Of a stretch of DNA of 32,000 bases, positions 24,684 through 32,000 are shown in pieces; the first letter of the stretch is position 1, and every line of letters begins with the position of its first letter. The DNA comes from Candidatus Lokiarchaeum ossiferum (GTDB lineage Archaea; Asgardarchaeota; Lokiarchaeia; Sigyniarchaeales; Promethearchaeaceae): assembly GCA_025839675.1 (NCBI GenBank), contig CP104013.1, positions 4,530,001-4,562,000 on the forward strand. Reading direction: 5' to 3'. The notes under the pieces were generated by a model, which was not told where the DNA came from, ran no database searches, and was given only the letters and a program-made list of their open reading frames with translations. Made by a program: the position numbers and the translations under genes.

Positions 24684-26108
24684 ATGAAAAAAAAAACTGG
24701 AATTGCATTTAGTGCTGTTGTTATTCTTTTGGCCCTTTTTATTTCTTCGTTTATTGGAATTGTTGTTGCAGATAGACAAAGAACTTATCATGAAGAATTT
24801 AGCATTAGCAAGGAACAGTATGATGTTTCTACCATAGAAATTTATAATAGAGCAAATAATATTGATATAGATTTCATCTTTTTACCACAAAATTCTACTA
24901 ATATATTAGATGCATTTATGAACTGTTCTGTTATCGAATCATATCTGCATATTCCGCTTGAAATATCCATTTCCCATCGTAAGAGTGGAGAAGCTTTAAA
25001 AATTTTCATTCGGGGATCCTATCATGAAGATGATTATTTCTCTAAAACGCTTTCCTGGAATTATACTATCAAAATTAGCTCAGATTATGAAAGTTATATT
25101 TTTGACAGTGATACTCGGGATGCTAATATTTATTTGAGCGCAAAAGGCGATTTTGCTTTTGAAGAGTTCAAAGTATCTACTCGAACAGGGAGTTTCGCAG
25201 GATATCTTAATCACACTTCCATAAAATCCGATATATCTTTGAATTCTAAATCTGGTGATTTACTTCTAGTTGCAGATCAATTGGAAATAGAAGGTAATTT
25301 ATATGCGGAATCTGAAAGTGCTACAATTACATTAAATTTTTGGGATGTTATCTTCTCTAAACCATCTAAGTTAAACATGACAAGTGATACAGGCTCTGTG
25401 ATATTATTTTGGGCTCAACATGCTAAGTACAATAACTGTGTGGATGTTTGTTTGAATTCAAATTTCCTGTCAAAGGTAAAATTTTGGTGTCGTAATGAGT
25501 TTATGAGAATGGATCTAAAAATGATTACTGAGGGAACACTTGATTTTGGATCAAAATATTCTGGTATTTTCAATAAAATTAGTGAAAACCATTATCAAAA
25601 TACAAATTATGCGGATCAAACATTAGATTTTTTCAAGCTCCTAGTTTCAGGAAAATTTGAATCCGATGTTTATATCGTGAATTGTTTTAAACCTGTTCGA
25701 TATCATATGGTTGGCGAATTACTACCGGATGGATGGTCAAAGAGTATGAGTTCTTTTAGATCTATAGCTGGGAACTACACGCTTATGAATTCTGATTTTG
25801 AAATCACTGAAATCCAATTTACCAATAAGGCTGTTGAAAATTTTGATATTCCTTCAAATCTTAATGTAACGATTGGATCTTTAAATACTACATCTGACAG
25901 CATTCTTGAAGCTTCATGGAAATTAAGTTATAAAATTGGAAGTAATTCTGGATTTGGCTCTCTACTTCCAGCATTTAACTATACTGTTGAAAAATCGATT
26001 CTATATCTTGATTTATTTTTGAATTTCGATATTACTCGAATTTATCCTCAATTTACAGATGGAAATCTAATAATAAACATTCATCCAGCACTGGGTGTTC
26101 AATCATGA
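24684..26108 (+). CDS. Membrane-anchored extracellular protein, paralog 1; its central region resembles DUF4097 / putative-adhesin beta-helix repeats
   Basis: 474 aa. The N-terminal anchor is MKKKTGIAFSAVVILLALFISSFIGIVV. The segments STRTGSFAGYL, SLNSKSGDLLLV, AESESATITL and MTSDTGSVIL fit the t.sG.i.l repeat pattern. It has multiple conserved N-x-S/T sequons. Confidence 0.8.
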   Translation: MKKKTGIAFSAVVILLALFISSFIGIVVADRQRTYHEEFSISKEQYDVSTIEIYNRANNIDIDFIFLPQNSTNILDAFMNCSVIESYLHIPLEISISHRKSGEALKIFIRGSYHEDDYFSKTLSWNYTIKISSDYESYIFDSDTRDANIYLSAKGDFAFEEFKVSTRTGSFAGYLNHTSIKSDISLNSKSGDLLLVADQLEIEGNLYAESESATITLNFWDVIFSKPSKLNMTSDTGSVILFWAQHAKYNNCVDVCLNSNFLSKVKFWCRNEFMRMDLKMITEGTLDFGSKYSGIFNKISENHYQNTNYADQTLDFFKLLVSGKFESDVYIVNCFKPVRYHMVGELLPDGWSKSMSSFRSIAGNYTLMNSDFEITEIQFTNKAVENFDIPSNLNVTIGSLNTTSDSILEASWKLSYKIGSNSGFGSLLPAFNYTVEKSILYLDLFLNFDITRIYPQFTDGNLIINIHPALGVQS

Positions 26109-27523
26109 AAAAAAAAACTGGAATAATAATTGCTGTAGTTGTGCTTTCTTTAGCACTTGTAGGATCTTCCCTCTATGGTATTTTTGAAATGGAAAAGAGG
26201 CGAACATATGTTGATGAATACAGTATCTCAAAGGAACGCTATGATATTTCCAAAATTGAGATCTATAACCGCGCAGATAATATCGACATGAACATTGTAT
26301 TCCTTCCCCCAAATTCAACCAATATTTTAGATGCCTATTTAAACTGCACAGTGGTTGAATCATTTCTCCATGTTCCATTAAGTATTTCCATTTCTCAAAG
26401 AAAAAGTGGTGACACCCTGAAGATATTTATAAGAGGTATATACCATGAAGATGATTATTTTTCTCGTACGATTGACTGGACATACAACATTTGGATAAGT
26501 TCTGATTATGAAAGCTATATCTTCGATAGCGATACTAAAGACGGTGATGTTTATTTAGATGCTAAAGGTGATTTTGAATTTGATGAATTTAAAGTTTCAA
26601 TAACAACAGGCAGTTTCATTGGATATCTTAATAAAACATCGATAAATTCTGATGTTATTCTGAATTCTGACTCTGGTGATATGAATATTTATATGGATCG
26701 TCTGAACATTCGCGGAAATATTTTCTTTGAGTCAGAAAGTGGAAATGTACAACTTGATTTATGGGAAGTCATTTTTCCACAACCTGCTTTTGTCAACTTA
26801 ACGAGTGATGGGGGATATTTAGTTTTGTTATGGGCTCAACATGTGAAACGTAACAATTCCGTGCAAGTTTTTGTTGATACAAACTATTCAGCCAAGGTAA
26901 AATGTTGGATCCGAAATGAATTTGTAAGGCAAGATTTAAAATTAAAAACGGAAGGAGTTCTTGAATTTGATTCTAGAACTTCAGGTTTTTATACTGAAGT
27001 GGGTGAGAATCAATATCGAAATACAAATTATGAAGACCAAACAGCCGATTATTTTAGTTATGTTTGTTCTGCAAAAGAGAAACTGGAAGTTTATCTTGTT
27101 AATTGCTTTAAGCCAGCTCGTTTCCATGATCGTGCAGGTGGTTTTTGGAGCAGTTTACCACTAACTCGAACGATTTATGGTTCTTCCATGCTTAAAAAAT
27201 CGGATTTTTCAATTGATTCAATTCAATTTAGTCATAAAGCGCAGAATCATTTTGATATACCTTCAAATTTAAATGTTACTTTCGGAAGTTTACCTTCATC
27301 TTCTGATAATATTTTCGAAGCCAGTTGGAATTTAACCCATGGTATATCTGGAAATCATGGTTATGGGGCTTTAACGCCTATTTTTAATTATACTGTTGAA
27401 GGATCAATATTATATCTTGATCTTTTATTGGATTTTGATGAAACTCTAATTTATCCTGTCTTTACAGATGGTTTTTTAACTCTAAACATCCATCCCGACA
27501 TAAACTTGACTGAGTTGAAATAG
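26105..27523 (+). CDS. Membrane-anchored extracellular protein, paralog 2
   Basis: 472 aa and collinear with paralog 1 over its full length, with more than half of residues identical by eye. Its start overlaps the upstream stop (ATGA at 26105..26108). Confidence 0.8.
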   Translation: MKKKTGIIIAVVVLSLALVGSSLYGIFEMEKRRTYVDEYSISKERYDISKIEIYNRADNIDMNIVFLPPNSTNILDAYLNCTVVESFLHVPLSISISQRKSGDTLKIFIRGIYHEDDYFSRTIDWTYNIWISSDYESYIFDSDTKDGDVYLDAKGDFEFDEFKVSITTGSFIGYLNKTSINSDVILNSDSGDMNIYMDRLNIRGNIFFESESGNVQLDLWEVIFPQPAFVNLTSDGGYLVLLWAQHVKRNNSVQVFVDTNYSAKVKCWIRNEFVRQDLKLKTEGVLEFDSRTSGFYTEVGENQYRNTNYEDQTADYFSYVCSAKEKLEVYLVNCFKPARFHDRAGGFWSSLPLTRTIYGSSMLKKSDFSIDSIQFSHKAQNHFDIPSNLNVTFGSLPSSSDNIFEASWNLTHGISGNHGYGALTPIFNYTVEGSILYLDLLLDFDETLIYPVFTDGFLTLNIHPDINLTELK

Positions 27524-27530
27524 AGTGTCC

Positions 27531-27544
27531 TTTTTTTTATTTTT
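27531..27544 (+). terminator. Oligo-T tracts (T8, then T5) directly after paralog 2
   Basis: ttttttttattttt starts 8 nt after the TAG at 27521..27523. Confidence 0.45.
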
Positions 27545-27617
27545 ATTTAACAAAAGTTACATTTTGTTGATTGATTTAAAATTTTAGAAGAAAAAGAATT
27601 GGAAAAACAAAAAAATT

Positions 27618-28643
27618 TTAGTCTAAAGCTGCCAGATAACTTCCATCAACAAAATAATCAATAAATTGAGTTGATGTTGTAATTTCAGATGGAATATATT
27701 CCGAATCCAAACTGACATCCGGATTTAATTCTACAAGTTTGTCCACAAATGCGGTCATTTGAGTTAGATCATTAGAATAGACATAACCAATGTTAGCCAT
27801 GGCTTCGGTGGCTTGTTCTGCGGATAGATTCATTTTTTCCATTGCAATAGATTTAGCTTCTTCCCAATGATCTAAAATCCATTCTGTTGCGCGATAATGG
27901 ACATTGATGACTTTTTGTACGGTTTCAGGATCTGCATCAATGAAATCTTCATGGGATGCAATTACACAACAAGGATGGTTGGACCAAACATCGCTGCTGG
28001 TATATAAATACTTCCCTCCTATTGTTACAGTGGTACCTTTGACATTATGAGGCTCCCAAGCAATATAGCCGTCTATATTCCCATTTTGAAGTGCAATTAT
28101 CATATCGGATGGTCCCATGACAATAATTTCTCCTAAATCGTCATGAGTTAATCCTCCTTGGTCGAGAATCATTGCCAAAATAAAATCTTGCATATTATGT
28201 CGGGCTGGAACCGCAATTTTCAATCCTGCAAGATCAGCAGCGGTTTGAATTGAATCATCATCTCTGACAATTAGTGCAGATCCGTTTACATTTACGCTAG
28301 CTAACACCTTGATGTTAGCAGCAGGGTTATTAAATCGATGGTATAAGGCGGGGGCAAATCCTAAGTATGAAATGTCAATAGAACGTGTGGCCGGAGGGGT
28401 TTCAAAAGCTGCCATCACTGCTCCCCCATTTGAAAAGGGAACTGCAGTAACATTAAGTCCTTCGTCCGTATAAAATCCCTTTTCTTGAGCAATATAAAAA
28501 GCAAGTTGGTGTAAATCTCCTTCTAAATAACCAATTCGAACACTTTCGGGTCTAGATTTTTCATAGATTATAATTGCTGTTGTTAATCCCGCTAGTAGAA
28601 TTATTCCTCCTATAAAAATTGTAATTGTACGTTTTCCTCTCAT
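27618..28643 (-). CDS. ABC transporter substrate-binding protein, NMT1/THI5-SsuA-like (NitT/TauT family)
   Basis: 341 aa with an N-terminal anchor helix. The sequence has the overall NMT1-type pattern (VRIGYLEGDLHQLAFYIAQEKGFYTDEGLNV, KIAVPARHNMQDFIL, DGYIAWEPHN). Confidence 0.75.
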   Translation of the reverse strand: MRGKRTITIFIGGIILLAGLTTAIIIYEKSRPESVRIGYLEGDLHQLAFYIAQEKGFYTDEGLNVTAVPFSNGGAVMAAFETPPATRSIDISYLGFAPALYHRFNNPAANIKVLASVNVNGSALIVRDDDSIQTAADLAGLKIAVPARHNMQDFILAMILDQGGLTHDDLGEIIVMGPSDMIIALQNGNIDGYIAWEPHNVKGTTVTIGGKYLYTSSDVWSNHPCCVIASHEDFIDADPETVQKVINVHYRATEWILDHWEEAKSIAMEKMNLSAEQATEAMANIGYVYSNDLTQMTAFVDKLVELNPDVSLDSEYIPSEITTSTQFIDYFVDGSYLAALD

Positions 28644-28768
28644 AGTAGTTCACTTTCCAAAAATCCAATTTCAGAATTTTTGATAACTAAACTTAAAAGA
28701 TGATTGCTACTATATATACACATCGAAACATTTCTTCTCATAAAAAACATAAATGTGATTTATAACTT

Positions 28769-29437
28769 ATGGTAAATCAAAAACAGGAACCAAGAGAAAA
28801 ATCTTATAGTCTACATTCAAAAATTTCCGAAGATTATCGTTCAAAAATTAAAAAAATGGCCTTAAAATATGGATCAATACAAAAAGTAATCGAAGAAGCG
28901 CTTGATCTTCTCCAAGTGAAATGTGCTATGGAAGATAAATTTGAGAAAGAAAAAATTGAACGGAGTGCGATGGACGAATATCGATTATCCCACCTTATGT
29001 TAAATGACTTTAAAATGATGGCTGTTGGGCGCCGTACATTTTTAAGTTACATTGAATCCATTCCAGATGCGCCGATTCATGAGAATAATGCCATCGAATT
29101 AATCGAATGGTTCTATAATCACAAATATCATATAACTGCCTTATCTTTGTTCCAAATTCTCGATGCTATCAAAAAATTGTGGATCGCTGGGAATTATTTC
29201 ACCGGGTGTCAAATTCAAGCCCTTGAAGGGAACCAAATTCAATCTTCTAAAAAATTTAAGGTCATATTTACCCATGATTTTAATGGGAAGAAATATGGTA
29301 TGTACTGGAGTAAATATTTCACTTATGTCTTAAGCAGTCCTCCAAATGACTTCATTGTCAGCGATTTGGTTGTTAGAAATCAATCATTTTATTTTTTTGT
29401 TCAAGAAACACAAACACGTAAACCGGAGCATCAATGA
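28769..29437 (+). CDS. Hypothetical protein with a possible N-terminal ribbon-helix-helix motif; candidate regulator of the ABC operon
   Basis: 222 aa. SYSLHSKISEDYRSKIKKMALKYGSIQKVIEEALDLL fits strand-helix-helix. The protein is encoded immediately upstream of the permease gene on the same strand. Confidence 0.5.
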   Translation: MVNQKQEPREKSYSLHSKISEDYRSKIKKMALKYGSIQKVIEEALDLLQVKCAMEDKFEKEKIERSAMDEYRLSHLMLNDFKMMAVGRRTFLSYIESIPDAPIHENNAIELIEWFYNHKYHITALSLFQILDAIKKLWIAGNYFTGCQIQALEGNQIQSSKKFKVIFTHDFNGKKYGMYWSKYFTYVLSSPPNDFIVSDLVVRNQSFYFFVQETQTRKPEHQ

Positions 29438-29441
29438 AGTC

Positions 29442-30281
29442 ATGGAAATAGAGTCTTTATCTAATCGTAAATCGACCCAATATCTAATTAAATTGGGTTA
29501 TCTCCTATTGAGTTTTCTAGTGTTTATCGGAGTTTGGGCCCTTTTCGTTGTTATAATTAATGAGGGGATGAATAACGGCATACGTGTATTGCCTTCCCCT
29601 TTTGAAGTATTTCAAACTTTTTTTCATTTATTGGTTACTCGAATAGATGGTAATAATCTTCTAGATCATGTGGGAGCCAGTTTATTTCGCGTCCTGCTAG
29701 GTGTTCTTTATGCATTTTTTATTGGTGTCCCTTTAGGTGTGATTATTGGGTCGAGTCCTCTTTTTGATAGGATTCTAAGACCAATGCTTGAACTTCTTCG
29801 CCCTATTCCTCCCATTGCATGGATTCCAATGGCGATCATTACTTTTGGTCTGGGGATATTGTCAAGTTCCTTTGTAATTTTTGTAGGTGCATTTTTCCCC
29901 ATTTTTCAAAATGCTTACGATGGAGTTCATCGCAGTAATCAAGTCTATGCGGATGTTGCACGTTCTCTTGGTGCAACTAAGGTCGATATTGCGTTGGAAA
30001 TTACCTTACCTGCCATAATTCCAAATATTTTAACAGGATTAAAAGTTTCTTTTGGGGTGGGATGGATGTGTGTAATTGCTGCAGAAATGATGGGTATTGA
30101 TGTTAATATTGGCGGTATCGGCTATTTTATTAATTATATGAAGGATGTTGGCAATTATGCAAATATGATGGCTGGAATGCTAATGATTGCAATTGTTGGT
30201 TTAGGTATCAATGGAATTTTTGAATTAATCGAACGTTATATCTTACGCTGGACACCAAAAAAACAAACGGAGGAAGTATAA
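29442..30281 (+). CDS. ABC transporter permease (BPD_transp_1, NitT/TauT family)
   Basis: The ORF-track start at 29346 would overlap the upstream gene by 92 nt. The ATG at 29442 (MEIESLSNRK) follows its stop by 4 nt. The protein has multiple TM helices and the conserved loop ARSLGATKVDIALEITLPAIIPNILTG. Confidence 0.85.
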   Translation: MEIESLSNRKSTQYLIKLGYLLLSFLVFIGVWALFVVIINEGMNNGIRVLPSPFEVFQTFFHLLVTRIDGNNLLDHVGASLFRVLLGVLYAFFIGVPLGVIIGSSPLFDRILRPMLELLRPIPPIAWIPMAIITFGLGILSSSFVIFVGAFFPIFQNAYDGVHRSNQVYADVARSLGATKVDIALEITLPAIIPNILTGLKVSFGVGWMCVIAAEMMGIDVNIGGIGYFINYMKDVGNYANMMAGMLMIAIVGLGINGIFELIERYILRWTPKKQTEEV

Positions 30282-31033
30282 TGCTAGATATTAATATTGA
30301 ATCAAAACAATTTCAAACCCCTCAAAAGACTACCAAGGAAGTTCTTTCGCAAATTCACTTTAAGTTGTCCGATCATGATTTTATTTCGATCATTGGTCCA
30401 AGCGGTTGTGGAAAGACTACCTTATTGCGAATTCTCGCTGGGTTTGATGATGATTTTGTTGGAGAAATTGAATCTTCTGATCATAACCGAGCAACTAGAA
30501 AATTCTCTCGACTAGGAAATATTGGATATGTACCCCAAGATTTTTCTCTTTTTCCGTGGTTAACTGTTGAAGATAACATTAAATTTGGATTACGGATTAA
30601 AAAATATTCTAAAGATGATCAAACAGATATTACAACTCGTTTACTTCGATTAGTGGAGATGGAAGAATTTCGCAAATATTACCCTAAAGATATTTCGGGA
30701 GGTATGAAGCAAAAAATTGCCATTTGCCGTGCTATTGCTAGCAATCCTGCTAGTAATCTTATTGTAATGGATGAACCCTTCAGTGCTTTAGATGCTCAGA
30801 CCCGAAATTCGATTCAAAATGATTTATTGCACATTTGGCATGAGCAACATCTTACGATAGTCTTTGTAACTCATAATATCGACGAAGCGGTTTTTCTCAG
30901 TAATAAAGTGATTGTTCTAGGGAAGGATCCTGCGAATATTCAGAAGATTGAATCGATCAATCTTCCACATCCGCGAGATCGAACTAGTACGGAGTTTAAC
31001 TCAATTCGAAAAGAATTATTAACTTTTTTGTAA
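30281..31033 (+). CDS. ABC transporter ATP-binding protein (NitT/TauT family)
   Basis: 250 aa with Walker A (GPSGCGKTT), the signature ISGGMKQKIAICRA, Walker B (LIVMDEPFSALD) and the H-loop (VTHNIDEA). Its start overlaps the permease stop. Confidence 0.9.
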   Translation: MLDINIESKQFQTPQKTTKEVLSQIHFKLSDHDFISIIGPSGCGKTTLLRILAGFDDDFVGEIESSDHNRATRKFSRLGNIGYVPQDFSLFPWLTVEDNIKFGLRIKKYSKDDQTDITTRLLRLVEMEEFRKYYPKDISGGMKQKIAICRAIASNPASNLIVMDEPFSALDAQTRNSIQNDLLHIWHEQHLTIVFVTHNIDEAVFLSNKVIVLGKDPANIQKIESINLPHPRDRTSTEFNSIRKELLTFL

Positions 31034-31170
31034 ATACATTATTGGTTGTTCTATAACATTATTTTTAGGAACAATTTTGTGGATATATCTCAAAAATTGA
31101 ATCAATTATGTTCAAAATCGCCTTTTATCAACTATTTTAAATTTTGCAAGATTGATATTTTATATAGATA

Positions 31171-31210
31171 GATCCTTATATCAATCAAATATCTATTTGA
31201 TATAAAGATC
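31171..31210. promoter_or_regulatory. 14-bp inverted repeat (13 of 14 positions matching) with a 12-bp spacer, upstream of the GPH transporter gene; candidate operator
   Basis: gatccttatatcaa (31171..31184) pairs with ttgatataaagatc (31197..31210). A third TTGATAT half-site lies at 31152..31158, next to a TATA-like tttatata. Confidence 0.4.
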
Positions 31211-31264
31211 AAAAACAACATCAACAAAATTTCGTGTTTTGAAAAATTATCTGGATTTGATTTT

Positions 31265-32000
31265 ATGACACAAGAAACTATTAAACAATCATCAGGAATT
31301 GCAGAGATGGAAGTTCAATATTCCCCACTTCCAAAAAAAACTCGAATTGCCTTTGGCTTTGGACCTTTAGCAGATCAAATGTCCCATCAAATGTTTCAAT
31401 TTCTGGTATTTACCTATTACTACGCTGTGGTTGGAGTCAATATAAATCTTCTTGCTGCATCTTTTGTAATTTTTGCCATTTGGGATTCAATTAATGATCC
31501 TCTACTCGGACCCATTAGCGATAGAACTAAAAGTCGCTTTGGAAGACGCGGTTTTTGGGTATTAATTAGCATTGTTCCCTTTGGGTTAATAAACATCTTT
31601 TTATTTACTCCACCCTATTTTTGGACAAATAATGCTTCCGATATTGCCAATGCTATCTATATGATTTTGATCATAATGGCTTATGATTTATTCTACTCGA
31701 TTTTTTCGGTCAATCAACTTGCTTTATTTTCAGAGATGTTTAAGTCGGAAGAAGAACGAGGGGAAGGAAATATGTGGAAAAGCATTCTTACTATAGTAGG
31801 TGTAATTATTGGATTTGTTTTACCCACTATTTTTATAAATCCGATGGCTCCAAGTGATGATACACCCGCAGATGTTGTTGCAAAAATACCTGGGATGTAT
31901 GTGGTTGCAGGGATTGCTATTGGAATTCTTGTGATCATCACAGGATTTATTTTCTTTAAATATGGTATGGTGGAAGATCCTGTTAATAAATCTGTTGAAC
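31265..32000 (+). CDS. GPH/MFS-family sugar(-conjugate):cation symporter (MelB/YicJ-like), N-terminal part; continues beyond the window
   Basis: Absent from the ORF track because it is open-ended. Hand translation from the ATG at 31265 gives MTQETIKQSS...RIAFGFGPLADQMSHQMFQFLVFTYYYAVVG...IWDSINDPLLGPISDRTKSRFGRRGFW. This carries the GPH signature D.i.DP..G..sDrt....GrrrP. The frame stays open to nt 32000. Confidence 0.8.
   Translation, partial: MTQETIKQSSGIAEMEVQYSPLPKKTRIAFGFGPLADQMSHQMFQFLVFTYYYAVVGVNINLLAASFVIFAIWDSINDPLLGPISDRTKSRFGRRGFWVLISIVPFGLINIFLFTPPYFWTNNASDIANAIYMILIIMAYDLFYSIFSVNQLALFSEMFKSEEERGEGNMWKSILTIVGVIIGFVLPTIFINPMAPSDDTPADVVAKIPGMYVVAGIAIGILVIITGFIFFKYGMVEDPVNKSVE

Noticed and set aside
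26103-26378. 91-aa minus-strand ORF at the junction of the two paralogs
   Set aside because: It is antisense to the start of paralog 2 and the end of paralog 1, both of which are supported by mutual full-length similarity.
29346-29441. N-terminal 32-aa extension of the permease ORF
   Set aside because: It would overlap the upstream gene by 92 nt. The ATG at 29442 lies 4 nt after that gene's stop and precedes the first TM helix.
31714-31941. 75-aa minus-strand ORF
   Set aside because: It lies antisense inside the open-ended GPH transporter frame, which carries the family signature motif.

Overview
The window is a visibly AT-rich chromosomal segment that looks archaeal. The evidence is a tRNA gene with a 61-nt intron at the canonical 37/38 position whose 3' part pairs with the anticodon loop, oligo-T tracts after many genes, and several surface proteins built as signal peptide, ectodomain, Ser/Thr stalk, C-terminal TM helix and basic tail. 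The mix of longin/roadblock-like modules, NHL and FN3 surface proteins and bacterial-type two-component proteins suggests an Asgard (Lokiarchaeia-like) genome. That is inference only and cannot be verified here.

Gene content, left to right:
- a chemotaxis operon (MCP-cheW-cheY-cheA, minus strand; cheA runs off the left edge)
- an amidohydrolase
- a polytopic membrane protein with a 36-bp tandem coding repeat and a C-terminal zinc ribbon
- a longin-like protein
- several anchored surface proteins, including a 1145-aa protein with 12 NHL and 5 FN3-like repeats
- two adjacent tRNA genes: Met/Ile2-CAU with an intron, and Thr-GGU
- a PAS-PAS hybrid histidine kinase
- a putative esterase
- a stand-alone Smr protein
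- a protein with a longin-like N-terminus, a DHp domain and a receiver but no ATPase domain
- a dual winged-helix regulator divergent from two tandem paralogous surface proteins
- a NitT/TauT-type ABC transporter with a putative RHH regulator
- the start of a GPH/MFS transporter

I saw no CRISPR array, transposase, integrase or recognisable defence system.

The observations most worth a second look:
1. The ATPase-less longin-DHp-REC protein and its apparent paralogy with the nearby hybrid kinase.
2. Two separate cases of one gene bracketed by direct repeats of upstream-type sequence: a ~105-bp repeat around the NHL gene next to the tRNAs, and a 29-bp repeat around the amidohydrolase.
3. The regulator plus tandem-paralog surface locus.
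4. A C-terminal LDQxFxxW motif shared by two otherwise unrelated membrane proteins.
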